A stretch of DNA of 64,000 bases from contig CM052817.1 of NCBI GenBank assembly GCA_028534125.1, positions 74,464,001 to 74,528,000 of the forward strand, written 5' to 3'. This stretch comes from Lama glama. Its lineage: Eukaryota. The position numbers were made by a program, and so were the translations under genes. Shown here one piece after another: positions 37,421 through 49,835 of the stretch; position 1 is the first letter of the stretch; each line of letters begins with the position of its first letter. A model generated the notes under the pieces. The model ran no database searches. It was not told the origin of the DNA and was given only the letters and a program-made list of their open reading frames with translations.

Positions 37421-38225
37421 GCCCCCCTTTTCAGACAAGTTAATCATCATGAACCTACACTGAATGCAACAGGAGGGAAATTCATGATGTTTATTGTCAG
37501 AAGGCTGACAAATCATTATAACTTAGGGTAATTCACCTGGAGATGAGGGGCAGGCATGTAATACTTATCAAGGAAGAATGGCAAGAGCTGGGTGTGTTAT
37601 GACACAGTGGACAAAGTGTATCATGCCAAATTTAGAGCCATTCAGAAACAATAGTAGAAGCTATCAGAATTATTTTTGCACTAGGTTGTGGCTACTGTAA
37701 GGGACTTTTTGTGTTCTCAGTAAGATTTCTATGAGATAGGTCAGTTCTCATGGGAAATCATAAATAAAACATTGAGTAGTATTTGGGTTCTTACTGCCTT
37801 GGATTGTATAATCCCTTGGATTGGTATTATAAAGCTGATGAAATTGAACCACTGGAAAATGGACACCTGATCCACAATAATTGAGTTAAATTCTTGTGGT
37901 CAGACTGCTGCCCCACAAAATTCCCTTATCCCATATGTTAAAATGAGTGAAAACTTGAGAATGGTTATCATGACAGTGTGGCAGCAAAAGCCCTGGTTTA
38001 AGATGGACTCATAGAGTTGCTATTGTTTGAGTCAAGCCCAAGACAGCCAAAGAGTACAGCCAGAAAGCAAAGTGGATGTGGCTGTGTAGTCAGGGAGTCC
38101 TCAAACCTGAAATCTCTGGTATCAGTAATGACCACTTTACTGTTCAATATAGTGCTTTGGCTGGAATGAAAACATTAGAAATTTGATGAATCTATGAGCA
38201 GCCACTACCTGGAACTGGATACAAA

Positions 38226-38534
38226 TAGTCATTCCTTGGTATCCAAGAGGAGGATTGCTTCTAGGACTTCTCTTGGATACCAAAATCCAAGGATGCTCAA
38301 GTCCTTTATGTAAAATGGTATGGTATTTGTATATAACCTATGCACATCTTCCCATATAATTTAAGTCATCTCTGGATTATTTACCTTACTTAATACAATG
38401 TAAATGCTATGTAAGTAGTTGCCAGCATGCAGCAAATTCAAGTTTTGCTTTTTGGAAATTTTGGGAATTTTTTTTCCCATCTGCTCTATATTAGATCCGA
38501 GGATGTGGAGATTGTGGATATGGAGGTCTGATTA
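38226..38534. mobile_element. TcMar-Tigger MITE (MER2/MER2B-like)
   Basis: tagtcattccttggtatcc...gataccaaaatccaaggatgctcaagtcc...tggatatggaggtctgatta with degenerate terminal inverted repeats. Confidence 0.85.
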
Positions 38535-39740
38535 TGTATGTCTTGCTTACTTGTGTGGTGCTTCCTTTTCCCTCCACATCCCCTGATTTCTTGCCTCCTC
38601 CTTTACCTACACCCAGCCACCTAAGGAGAAAGATGATCAGAGGTCTCCATGTCCCTAACGTGTTTCAGAGGCACCTGTCTGACTATAACAGGAAGCTTCA
38701 GCAATGAGAGGGACTCAAACCTATAGGCTTATTGGAGAAAGGCAATCAAGTCTCATCCTACTCTGCTCCATGTTGGGAGGAGCATCCAAATTCAACTGTT
38801 AAGGTCTAGGCAAGTTCCAAAGTAGTGATAGGAAACGAATGTGACCTTATGGGACTTGTTCCACAATAGTGATAGAAAGCTAATGTAATCTCATGACACT
38901 TGTCTTATTAGCCCATCTCAATGTTCTATAACACTAGATTCTGTCTAAATGTATAGTAGTAAGTAATGTGCTATATGCTTGTGTATCTCTCTACGATAAG
39001 TGCCAGATAGGAGTCTGCCAATCATTAACAGCTGCATGTAGAGAAATGTTAATAACTTTGGGGCTCCACAACCTACTGATCCCTTTGAGCTAAATGTTTC
39101 TGTGACTAATTATTTTGGTGATTTTGCCTCTGGCAAAAGGATACCTCTGAATGAAGACTCATTCATTCAGAGGCATCCTTTGGGTTTTGTGTTTGTCATC
39201 TCCATGACACGGCTACCAGGAAAACTTTCAAAATGCAGCCATTAGCCTGCTACTGTGCTCTTAGAGAAATTGAATGCCTGATTCCTGGAGTCCTTGTGAC
39301 TCTCTGCTCTGATAGCCTCATTTTGTGTTGGGTAAACGAGACTCTGACTAATAAGATGGAGAGGGCCAAGTACACCTCTCTTGTCAAACGGAAATGGAAC
39401 AGCCAAGAACACAGCTGGCCTGGCTCCAGTGCACCTCAGCTTTTTGTTAAAAAGTGACAATTATCTCATTAGAAAAAAAACTCATCCCTACTCAGACTGT
39501 TGAAGCAAAGTTGTTGGTTCAGTGGAGCCCCTAGTTACCAGAGCTTCCCTTAAATGCATGGGCCTGGCTCACCAATTGTTAAGCTAAAGTGGTATTGTTT
39601 GACTTGCCTCTTCGAAAGTTCACTCAACTATTCTGCTTTTACCTCTCACCTCCTTCTAGTCCACGTATCTGGAAGGCGGTTTGGTCACCAAATGCCGCTG
39701 TCCCTAGAAAGGTGTTGTCTTCTCTTGCACACTTCCTGGG

Positions 39741-40205
39741 CATACTTGGTTGAATTGTGTCCCCTAAGCATTATGTCTGTCTGGAACCTCAGAATGTGAA
39801 CTTATTAGAAAAAAGGGTCTTTGCAGATATAATTTTGGATCTTTAAATGAAGTCATCCTTAGTTTATAGTGGGCCTTCAATTCAATGTCTGGTATCTTTA
39901 AAAGAGGAAGGAGAGGTAGATTTGGACACAGAGAGACACACAGGGAAGAGGGCCATGTAAATTTGGACGCAGAAATTGGAGTTGTGTTGCCACTCCAATA
40001 AGTAAGCCAGGGAATACTAGGAGCCAACAAAAACTGGAAGAGACAAGCTAAGGATTTTTCCCTAGGTCCTTCAGAGGGAGCATGACCCTGTTGACATCTT
40101 GATTCTAGACTTTTACTCTCCAGAACTGTGAAAGAACATGTTTCTTCTGTTTTAAACCACTGAGTTTGTGATCATTTGGTATGGCAGCCTAAGGAAACTA
40201 TTACA
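39741..40205 (+). mobile_element. MaLR solo LTR (MLT1C-like) inserted in ERV pol
   Basis: ggttgaattgtgtcccc...ccttcagagggagcatgaccctgttgacatcttgatt...GGAAACTATTACA. Confidence 0.88.
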
Positions 40206-41507
40206 TTGAGACATGATTAAGGGTGGTGGTTCTATAAAACAGTTTTGAAAACTTAGGATTCCAACCTGACCTTTCCTGGACATGATACCTCTTTCTTTCT
40301 CTTGATTGCAACCCCAGGTTGGTCTGAATTGTACATTTTCCAGATGTAGCTTAGCCAAAAGGGGAGCTAGTGTCTTCAAACTTAATGCTGGTTCAGCCAT
40401 TTACATTCTCGTGTGGGAATGACATGGTCCTCAGTCATAATAAGAATGACTGCTTGGTTGAGTACACCTGTTGGCTGAGTTCTTCTCCAGAGCCTCATGA
40501 AGACCAAAGCAGGGCATATAATGGGTCTCTCTAAGTTCTGTAGAAATGCTCTTGCCCCTCTTGGGCTAACTCTTGTAGATGAAAAGTCTAGATATGATTG
40601 GGGAATGATTGGAGAAAGGTAAAGTTACAGCTAGTGGGGCAGAACACATTGATTTTATGCCAGTGGAGGGAGAGCAATAATTTTGGCACCTGGAAATGGA
40701 TGGTACAGAAGAGGACAGACACTAATTATCATTTCTCTTTTGGAGCTGGTCCTAGAGCCTTTCTTACAAAAGAGAAATGACCTGGTATGTCTCTCCCAAA
40801 TGGTTGCAATAATATTTAACTTACTGGTGGGTCTGCTATCGTCTGCTAGACAGCTCTGACTGTAATTTGATCATAAGATTAATTCCCTTCAATCTTACTA
40901 AGAAGCTTATTAGAAATAGCAGAGGACGGTCCAATTTCTGTACCTTCTATGCAAAACATCTATAACCACCAGTGGATGTCTGCTCCAGCCCCATTCTTGA
41001 ATCTGCTGCTCAGTCATTATGTGTGGCAAACAAATTCCACTCAGCTGGTGGTGAAGGGAAAATGGACTGGCTGCCCTTACATCATAGCTACAAAAAAAAA
41101 GAATTGAACTTAATTACTGGAACTTCACTGGGAACCCTAAGGTCTATCAGCTGGCTATGAGGCTGCACTGGAGGTACTGTCAACCTGTGCTCTCCCAGCT
41201 AATGTAGGGTAAACAATTGTAAACAGCATTTTCTTTCCAAGGGCATCAGATGTGTCTCTAGAACTGACCCGATGAGGAAGTCAAACATTAATTTGCCTCC
41301 CTCCTGAAAATGTAGCTATGAGGTTGTCATCTGAGACCAGTGTTTAAAGGAACATCATCAGTAGACCAGGTGGTCCTCAGATGGCTCTGGTGTTCTCTAC
41401 TGTCACTTTCTTTGGAGAGCTTCCCAGAAGGATAACTGTCTCATTATTTTCATGTACCCTGTTGGTAATTATCCCTGTGATGTGAGTCATCCAGTTAGAA
41501 AAAGTAC

Positions 41508-42146
41508 TGAGTTTCCACACATCAGTCATATCATATAGTATTTGTTTTTCTCTCTCTGACTTATTTTGCTTAGCATAATGCCCTCAAGATGCAGGCTCAT
41601 CCATGTTGCCCCAAATGGCAGGATTTCCTTCTTTCTCATCACTAAATTTTATCTATCTATCTATCTAGCTATCTCTCTCTCTCTCACACATTTTCTTTTT
41701 CCTTATCCATTCATACACTGATGAACACTTACCTTGTCCCATATCTTGGCTATTGTAAATACTGTTGCAATGAACATGAAAGTACAGATATCTCTTCAAA
41801 ATCATTTCCTCTTTGTATATACTCAGGAATAGAATTGCTGGATCACATGGTAGTTCTATTTTTAATTTTTTGAGGAACTTCCATACAGTTTTACATAGTG
41901 GCTGCACCAATTTACATTCCCACCAACAGTGCACAAGGGTTCCCTTTCCTCTATATCCTTACCAACACTTGTTATTTCTTGTCTTTAGAAACATAGAGTA
42001 GAATGGTGATTACCAGGGCCAAGAGGCTGGGGAAAATGGGGAGATGGTGGTCAAAAAGTACAAACTTCCAGTTATAAAATGACTGATTTCTGGGGAGCTA
42101 ATGTATAGGTGTGGTGATTATAGTTAATGATAATGTATTATATACA
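41508..42146 (+). mobile_element. L1MA9-like 3' region with a 5' inversion (41508-41985 antisense, 41986-42146 sense)
   Basis: The antisense part encodes the ORF2 C-terminus (track ORF 41665..41934 [28 protein letters not shown]). The sense part resumes at agaaacatagagtagaatggtg. Confidence 0.85.
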
Positions 42147-42498
42147 TTCCAACAGCATTTGCTCAATTCATGTCTCTGTGTCACATTTTGGTAATCCTTA
42201 AAATACTTCTAACTTTTTGATTATTACTATATTTTTATGGTGATCTGTGATCAGTGATCTTTGATGTTACTATTGTAATTGTTTTGGCATTTTTTACGCA
42301 TAGAGTATTTTTAAATTAAGATATGTACGTTTTTTAGACATAAGACTATTACACACTTAATAGACTACAATATAATGCAAACGTAACTTTTATATGCATT
42401 GGGAAGACAAAAAAAATCCATGTGACTTGCTTTATTGCAATATTAACTTGATTGTGGTAGTCTGGAACTGAACCTGCAATATCTCGGAGGTATGCCTG
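42147..42498 (+). mobile_element. Tigger1-derived MITE (Tigger1a-like), left end missing
   Basis: gtgatctgtgatcagtgatctttgatgttactattgtaattgtttt, and terminus gcaatatctcggaggtatgcctg followed by TA. Confidence 0.88.
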
Positions 42499-42535
42499 TA
42501 CTTTGTTTTGGCAGCCCCAGCTGACTCATACATTT

Positions 42536-42791
42536 TCTAAGATAGAGCCTAAGAATTTGTGGTATTTGTTAAGCTCTATGGGTCCAGGACCCAAAGGGCC
42601 TGGTTGAAGTCAGGACTGCTAGTTGCTCTCATCCTGGAACAGCAGCTCTAATGAAATGTTGTATGAAACAAATTAAATGGATTTAGTTCCAGCCTGTGTG
42701 GTTCAGATTAATCAGAGTGGGTGATGGGATGGCTTACTCATAAAAAATTTTCATCAGATGTCAAGATGATACAGAAGTGATGGGTGGATAT
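42536..42791 (+). mobile_element. Retroviral env TM-end remnant plus PPT-like sequence
   Basis: Frames read SKIEPKNLWYLLSSMGPGPKG / AWLKSGLLVALIL / AALMKCCMKQIKWI*FQP, resembling a membrane-proximal region, TM helix and CC tail. It ends in gggtggatat directly before an LTR. Confidence 0.6.
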
Positions 42792-43240
42792 TGTTGGGAG
42801 GAAATACAGTTGTCTCAAGTGTCAGAAAATCTTGTGAGCAGAGGAATTGACTGACTGTTGTTCTGGACCATCTTTACACGGATGTTTGTACAGGAACAGC
42901 CTTGAAAGGCAGAGGTAGTGTCTCCCTCTGGAACAGAAGGCAGGCTTACTTACTGCTCATAATAAAAGATCTGCATTCCCTAAGCTCAGGTTTCTTTCCT
43001 GTATTGCAGCCCACAAGGCGTGCAGATGTTATTCAGACTTTGTGTCACCCCCTAGAAATTGGGACTGTAGGAACTGCTGTAAAATATGCTGATGCTTGTG
43101 CTACTTGCAGCACCTTGAGAAATCAAGTCTGTCACTGAGCCGGGAGGCTTGTGTCTTCTGCCAGAATCCATAAAACTGCAGCAGGCTACCTTTTAGCTTA
43201 TAAGCAGGGTAATCTCTCAGACCCTTAGCAGTCTTTGACA
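42792..43240 (+). mobile_element. ERVL LTR (MER76-like), probable 3' LTR
   Basis: TGTTGGGAG...ttccctaagctcagg...gtgtcttctgccagaatccataaaactg...ctcagacccttagcagtctttGACA. No matching TSD pair, and it is preceded by a PPT-like sequence. Confidence 0.8.
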
Positions 43241-43419
43241 ACTGGAGGAAAATCCCCCTTTTTATTGGAAAGAAAAACATAGGAAACAGTTGAAATCTAT
43301 TTCAAATAATGCATTGGTCAGTTGAGGGCTACAGTTCCTTTAATATCTGGGAAAATTTTTCAGGGCTTTTAATTCTTCCTCCTGTTTTCTGCATATTTCT
43401 AGATCAATTGCAACGTGTA

Positions 43420-43770
43420 TGCCCTCTGGACTCCTGCTAATCCCCCAGTACCTCAGAATGTGACTGTATTTGGAGATAGGGCTTTATATAGGTAATTAAC
43501 TTAAATGAGGTCATCAGGGTGAGCCCTAATCCCCTATGGCTCGTGTCCTTGTAGGAAGAGGTGATTAGGATACAGATACACACAGGAAAAAAGATCATGT
43601 GAGGACACAGTGAGAATGCATCTATGAAGCCATGGAGAGAGGCTCTCAGAAGAATTCAATCCTGCTTATACCTTGGTCTTGGACTTACAGCCTTCAGAAT
43701 TATGAGAAAATAAATTTGTTAAGCTACCCAATCTGGTACTTTTTTCTGGCAGTCCTAGCAAACAAATACA
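43420..43770 (+). mobile_element. MaLR LTR (MLT1B-like)
   Basis: cccccagtacctcagaatgtgactgtatttggagataggg...CTAGCAAACAAATACA. Confidence 0.88.
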
Positions 43771-43799
43771 TCCTCCCTCACACTGCTTCACTACACTTG

Positions 43800-44197
43800 C
43801 CTTCTGTAAACACAGCAAACGCGTTTCTGCTTTGTTTACTTACTATTCCCTTTCCCTGGACATTCTGATTTCAGGTACCCATAGCCTCCTCCATAGCTTC
43901 CTTTCCAAATACACATAGCTTACTCATTTTATTCAGGTGCTTGCTCAAATATCACCTTTCAAAGAGGACTTTTGACTCACATCACAAGCACTCTTAGTCT
44001 TTTCTCAGATTTTTCCTACCACTAATCACTAACATATTATATACTTGTTTGTTGCACTTTTTTCACCTGTATCCCCTGACTAGAATGCCATTTCCACTAG
44101 AGCAGGGACTCTGTCTTGTTCATAAGTGTACATCCAGTACCAAGAAGAGTCCCTTGTACACAGTTGTACAAATTTACGAAGTATTGAATGAATGAAT
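43800..44197 (+). mobile_element. L2 3' end
   Basis: ctagaatgccatttccactagagcagggactctgtcttgttca...ttgaatgaatgaat. Confidence 0.8.
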
Positions 44198-44549
44198 ATG
44201 CTAGGCATGGTGTTTTGCCTCTGGGTAAATTGATGATATATAAGGATGGAAAACTGATGTTGTCCCTCTCCTAATGGATCATGTGTGTATATCACAACAT
44301 TGGTTGTAATCTATATTGTGATATTTCAGCTGGTGTAAGATGTAACTGTTATGTATTATTTGGTTCTTTCATGAGTTGCAGGGAATAACATCAATGTCTC
44401 TAATAAAAAGCAGGGCAGAGATAAAAAGAAGAAAGCTAGCAACAGAAATAATAAGATTCTAAACTCACTATGTTAGTGTTTATGTTTCTTCAGTCATTGT
44501 GCCCTTAATGCCATCTCATATACAATAAACTCAGATAATGGCAGTTTTC

Positions 44550-47057
44550 TTTTTCCAGCTTTATTGAGATACAGTTGACATATAACACTGTGTAAGTTTA
44601 CGGTGTACATGTTGATTTGATACACTTATATACTGCAAAATGATTATGACCATAGTGTTAGTTAACAGCTGCATCATATCACATAATTATCATTTCATTT
44701 TTGTGGTGAGAAGATTTAAGATCTACTCTTTAGGCAGTTTTCAAATATATAATACAGTATTATTAACTATATCACCATGAAGTATATTGCATCCCCAGAA
44801 CTTACTCATCTTATAAATGTTGATTTGTACCCTTTAACTAACATCTCCCTGTTTCTCCCACCCCAGAGCCCCTGGTAACCACCATTCAGCTCTGTTTCCT
44901 CTTTTTTAGATTCCACGTATAAGTGAGATAGTACAGGATTTGTCTTTCTCTGTCTGACTTGTTTTACTCAGCATAATGCCTTCAGAATCCATCTATGTTG
45001 TCACAAATGGCAAGATTTCCTTCTTTTATAATGGCTGAATAATATTCCATTATGCATGTGTAAGTGAATTTATATCACATATATACCATATATCGTATAT
45101 ACCAAGTCTTTATCCATTCATCCATTGATGGACACTTAGGTTGTTTCCATATCTTGTTGTGAAAAGTGCTGCAGTGAACATGGGAGTGGAGGTATCTCTT
45201 CAGTATCCGATTTTCATTTCTTTGGACACACCCCCAGAAGAAGGATTGTTGGCTCATATGGCTCTATTTTATTTTATTTTTTTGAGGAAGCTCCATGCCA
45301 ATTTCCATAGTGGCTGCATCGGTTTACATTCCCATCGACCAGTATACAGGGGTTCCTTTTTCCACATCCTCACCAACACTTGTCATTTCTAGTCTTTTTT
45401 TGATAATAACCATTTTACCAAGTGTGAGGTGATATCTCACTGTGGTTTTGATTTGCATTTCCCTGCTGGTTATGATATTGGCCACCTTTTTATATACCTG
45501 TTAGCCATTTGGATGCCTTACTTGGAAAAATACCTATTTGGAGCCTCTATCCATTTTTCAATTGGAGTGCTTGGAGGTTTTTTTTTTCTGTTGAGTTGTA
45601 TGAGTTTTTTAAAAATATATTTTGGATATTAACCCCTTATCAGATATAAGAAACAGCTTCCTAGCCTCCTCTTCCAGACTTTATGGTCTGACTTTGCTTT
45701 GGGAAGACTTTGACCTGCGGGAGAGGCAAACTGAAGTGTGTGGTAAACCTGGGTCTAGTCCTACAGGGCACCAAGTGCAGGGGTGTCTAGTCTAGGGGTC
45801 ATAGTGTCTCTTTAACTCCAGCTGCTGGAGTTCACAACACTGAAAACTGTGTGGCCCTTGGTGAGAGCTGTAGGGTGTCCACTGTGGCTGCAGGTCTGTT
45901 AAGGTCCCAAGTGGCACTTCCAGATCCAGTAACTAGGGAGCAGGGTAGGCAGTGGCAGAGGCCAGAGCTGATGGTGTGCCCACGCTCAGCTGCAGGTTCC
46001 TGTGTAGTGGCAGTGCAGGTTACAGACACACATGTAGTGGTGGGGGCCAGGGCAGGCAGAGAGTGGGTACACTGGTAGCTATGGGTGCCCTAGCTTTCAG
46101 TGGGTACTCCCACGGCTGCTGGGTTTTGCCAGGGGCCCATGGCAGTGGTTGCCAGTGAAGAGGGTGGGGCTGGGGGCATGCAAGTGCATAGCTGGAGGGG
46201 CCAGCTACATGTGAGCACAGTGATGCAGACCAGTGACCGAGACAGGACCTGATACGGGCCAAGCAGCTGCGGGAGCCCTGGCCGTCAGAAGTGCTCTCCT
46301 GTGACTGCACAGTCTCCCGTGGGTATGGGCATGCAGTGGAGGCCAGTGAGCAGTGTCAGGCGGGAGGCACGCAAGTGCACTGCTGGAAGAGCGAGCCCTG
46401 GGCGTGCAGAGGGCAGCAGGAGTCAGCCATAGGCGGCTAGGTTGGCGTTTTGCATCTGCGCAGCCGCAGAGGCCTGGGCTGGCCGCCAGTTAGGTTCCCG
46501 GGCTCCTGAGAGGGTGAGGGAAGCAGTGAGGAGCTCCAGCAGACATGTGCCTGTGGGGTGAAAGCTGGTGAAGTCTACAGGGGGTCCCTGGCAGCTGTGC
46601 TGGCCTTTGGTTGCTTCCTCAGTGGTCAAGACTGCTGGGTTTATGTGTGGAGCAGTGCACTTTGAACCACAATTGCTTCTGCTGCGTGCTACAGGTAGTC
46701 CCTGCCTTTCTTCCTTGTTCTAGCCACCCCTGCATGTCTCGGCTTTGCTGCTCCGGGTTGGGTAGTACCCAAGCGGGACTCTGCTGCCCTGAAAGGCGGG
46801 GGAAGCTGGCTGCGCCCGGCTCGCTTGCTCTCCCTCTCCGGGCAGGGGAACTCTCTAGCTGGGGAGCTCCCGCGTGGCGCTGAGCAATGCTAGCTTGGGG
46901 GATGGCATGATGCAGCCAAAATGAAGCTCTCTTCCTTTTCTTTCTGTGTGCTTATTCTCAGTTTTTTTGTTCCACTGCATTGCTGAAGTTTCTTGTTGAT
47001 CTTTGTGTGGAGACGGAGGCTGGGGTCTCCTAAGCCGCCATCTTCATCTGACTTCCT
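44550..47057 (-). mobile_element. L1MA9-like element with both ends but ORF1 and most of ORF2 deleted
   Basis: 3'UTR and ORF2 end at 44550-45647, GC-rich 5'UTR at ~45650-47057 with AAGATGGCGG (47044-47035). TSD aatggcagttttc (44537-44549) / aacagcagttttc (47062-47074). Confidence 0.85.
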
Positions 47058-49604
47058 CAGAAACAGCAGTTTTCCAGAGGAAGCTCGTCGGAGCAGATGA
47101 TTAATGAACTTAAATTAGATTTTAAAGTGTCTTTTAAAATACTTCTTCTAAGAAGACTACTAAAACATGATCTGGTTATTATTATTGACTGTAGTTCAGA
47201 GTTAGTAGTAACGACCAGTTTGTAGCATCGTAAAATCTCAGATTCTGTGTTTTCTTAACTCCACAAAGTCACGTAAATTAGAATCATTAATTCCTAAATT
47301 TGAAAAATATCTTTTGTAACGTATTCAGTAAGAATATGTCTTTAATGGCACTAGATCACTCATTCAGAATTTATTGAATTTTTTCCTTTTCTACAATCGC
47401 TAATTTAAAAGCTCTTCCATATTATCTCCATAGTCAATGAAGATATTTGGGAAGAATGTGATAGTTCTTTACTCAGAATAAGGCAAGGAGACGAAGTCTT
47501 TTTGAACCTTAGAACACTTTACTCCGGCTCCCACACTTAGTTCTCATGGAGAGAGGTAAAATAAATACGAGCACATCTAGTTTACAGATGAGAAATTGGG
47601 TTAAATGAGTTATATGGCATCACATAGATAGAAAAGATAAGCTCCATTTTTCTCTACTCAATCAATAAATATGTATTCCTTTTATTTGGGGGAGGGTGTT
47701 TTAAACATATTTTAAATTGTTCTCAAAATCCAGTCTTTGCTTATGACAATGTACACTACCTTTTTTTTCAGAAATATTGATGAAAAACAAATCTATGTAT
47801 GAGAATTATTTTAAAATAGCTGTGTTTTTTTTCATTAGTCTGTGACTACTTAAATTTTTTTCCCAAAAATCTGAAAAGACTAGTAATTTGTCAGGATTCT
47901 ATTGTACAATGTACTGAACAGAAAACATAATCAATGACATAATGGAAAGGGGAGTTTTAAAATGTGTAGTAGCATTTTAGAGTTGATATCATAAGAGAGG
48001 TCACTAGACTAAATGTAGATTCTGATAACTTCCTTATTAAATAATTTCTTTAAAGATTTTGGAGAAATATTCTGAAAAGCTCCTCAAAGTTCATCTAATT
48101 TTTCCATACTTGACTTTTGCGAGGTGTAGTTTGCTGCAAATAGTCTTGTTGTCTTTGCACCATTTTCACACATTGTATTTGCTCTCTTTCCCTGTAATCC
48201 TCTCATAGCTCTTTCCTAGCAATTGTCTGTTACCCCAGATCTCACATAAGCTCAGCAGCTCCCCAGGTCATCTTCAATCATTATGCAGTGCTTGTGATGA
48301 TTTCTTTTTGAACAATGAAAGGGTAAGAAAAAAATCCTTTGTGAAAAATACATTTCCTATTTTGCAGTGGTCCAAATTCCATTGAATATTACTGAGTTTT
48401 GTCATAAACTTGTCTCATATCATACTATGTAATATTTTATTTATATAATCCTCTGGAGTGCACTTACTTTTCATAGTTTCTCTATTCCTTCAGGCAAATC
48501 CTCCCAGTTTTTATTTTTCTTCTGTTTCCAGGGCCCTGCATACATTTTCACATTTCATTAGTAGTTAATTTCAAAATGCAATTAGAAAGAATTCCTTTGA
48601 GGATAGTAGGCAATAACTGGCTTCTTTCTGTTCAGTCTTTATTAAAGAGCATGGGAAGATGCTTTTCAACTAAAAATGTTTAGAACAGAGGCCAAAAAAG
48701 GAAATCTCTAGGCAAATTATTGCTATTTTGGCCTTAGTATAGCATATGTATGGATCATTAAATAAATTGTGCTCCTGTAATTGTCTTTTTGGTGAATTTA
48801 ACAATGATAATTAACCCAGTTGAAAAGTAAGCTTTTGACCTCTGTGTTCTTTAAAAGAAAAAATACCACATTATGTTTCGAGTTCTCTTAGTTAACAAAA
48901 TATCAGATTATTTTATTCTGTGTTTAAACCTCAGCATTGAGTGGAGTACATGAACATGACTCTTGGGTCAAGTCCCCTGTACACCAAAGAATCCAGGAGA
49001 GTTGTATAGAAATATGCAGGAGACTGCCTTAAAATATTCTACAGACTATGCACCAGAGTCATATTCACACATTTACACATTCACACTTCAGAATGCCTGT
49101 AGGATATCCCAGTGTATCAAGGTAGGGCAGCTTCTAATTACCAAGACTTCATTTTTATAAGGGCAAATTATCCTGGTGAGAAATGAAGTAGAAAATTTAA
49201 AAGGCATGGAGGTCTCTATGAGCATGTAAACAAATATCTGAGGGAAGCTGCTGATGACCTTATTAACAGTAAAAGGAAAACTTAAAATCAGAAGGAGCCT
49301 GACTCATAACAGCTGATTAGATGTTATGTCAAGATGGAGCATAATCATTGTTAGCCAGAATTTTCAAGTTGATGATTCTGTGGTGAAAAGTTTTCCATAT
49401 TTATGGCTTGTGATTGTGTAAGGAAAATTGAGAAGTCTAAGGGAAGTCCTAGCCATTCACAGATGCCAGATAGTATAACTGTACTCCAGAGAGGAAGAAG
49501 GATACAGAGATTATGTCACATGGTGATGCTCCAACTCCATCACTGATTTGACATACTGGCTAACTATTATGGACTATGAATTAAAGATTTGTAAGAGTAG
49601 TTGA

Positions 49605-49835
49605 ATGTGTACTCTGGTGCAGACTTGTTGACATTCATACCCAACCTCTGCTACTTGATAGCTCTGTGACCTTGGACAAATTAATCCTGTGGTCTTTGTT
49701 CCAGTTTTCATATATGTAAAATAGGTTCATAAGAGTATCTACTTTATAGTTGGTTGTGAGCAGTAAAGAGTGCATTGATGCAAAGCACTGTAAGTGATCT
49801 GGTACATTGTCTGGTACTTAAAATTTTTAGCTTTA
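49605..49835 (+). mobile_element. MIR
   Basis: ctctgctacttgatagctctgtgaccttggacaaatt...cagttttcatatatgtaaaatagg. Confidence 0.8.

Larger units (their letters stand above)
37430..41500 (+). mobile_element. Decayed class III (ERV-L-like) proviral internal region: gag and pol remnants
   Basis: 37456-37602 YTECNRREIHDVYCQKADKSL*LRVIHL...VILIKEEWQELGVL resembles the ERV-L Gag major-homology region. From ~39078: DPFELNVSV, LWQK, QRHPLGF and ORF 39233..39457 (QPLACYCALREIECL...VTL...ILCWV...NKMERAKYTSLVKRKW) resemble ERV-L Pol (DPMVLEVSV...QRRPLGFW...QLLACYWALVETERL...HKVGHAQQHSIIKWKW). AWAWLTN near 39560 resembles AWFTDG, and there is a weak integrase-like TDTNYHFSF near 40715. Confidence 0.8.

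Noticed and set aside
41320..41350. Minus-strand LNTG motif resembling a retroviral protease DTG
   Set aside because: Opposite strand to the gag/pol/env remnants, wrong position, and it needs a frameshift.
45832..46883. Cluster of overlapping ORFs and CpG-containing sequence suggesting a gene or CpG island
   Set aside because: It is the GC-rich 5'UTR of an L1, where stop codons are scarce. The same applies to 51177-52280 and 54467-55795.
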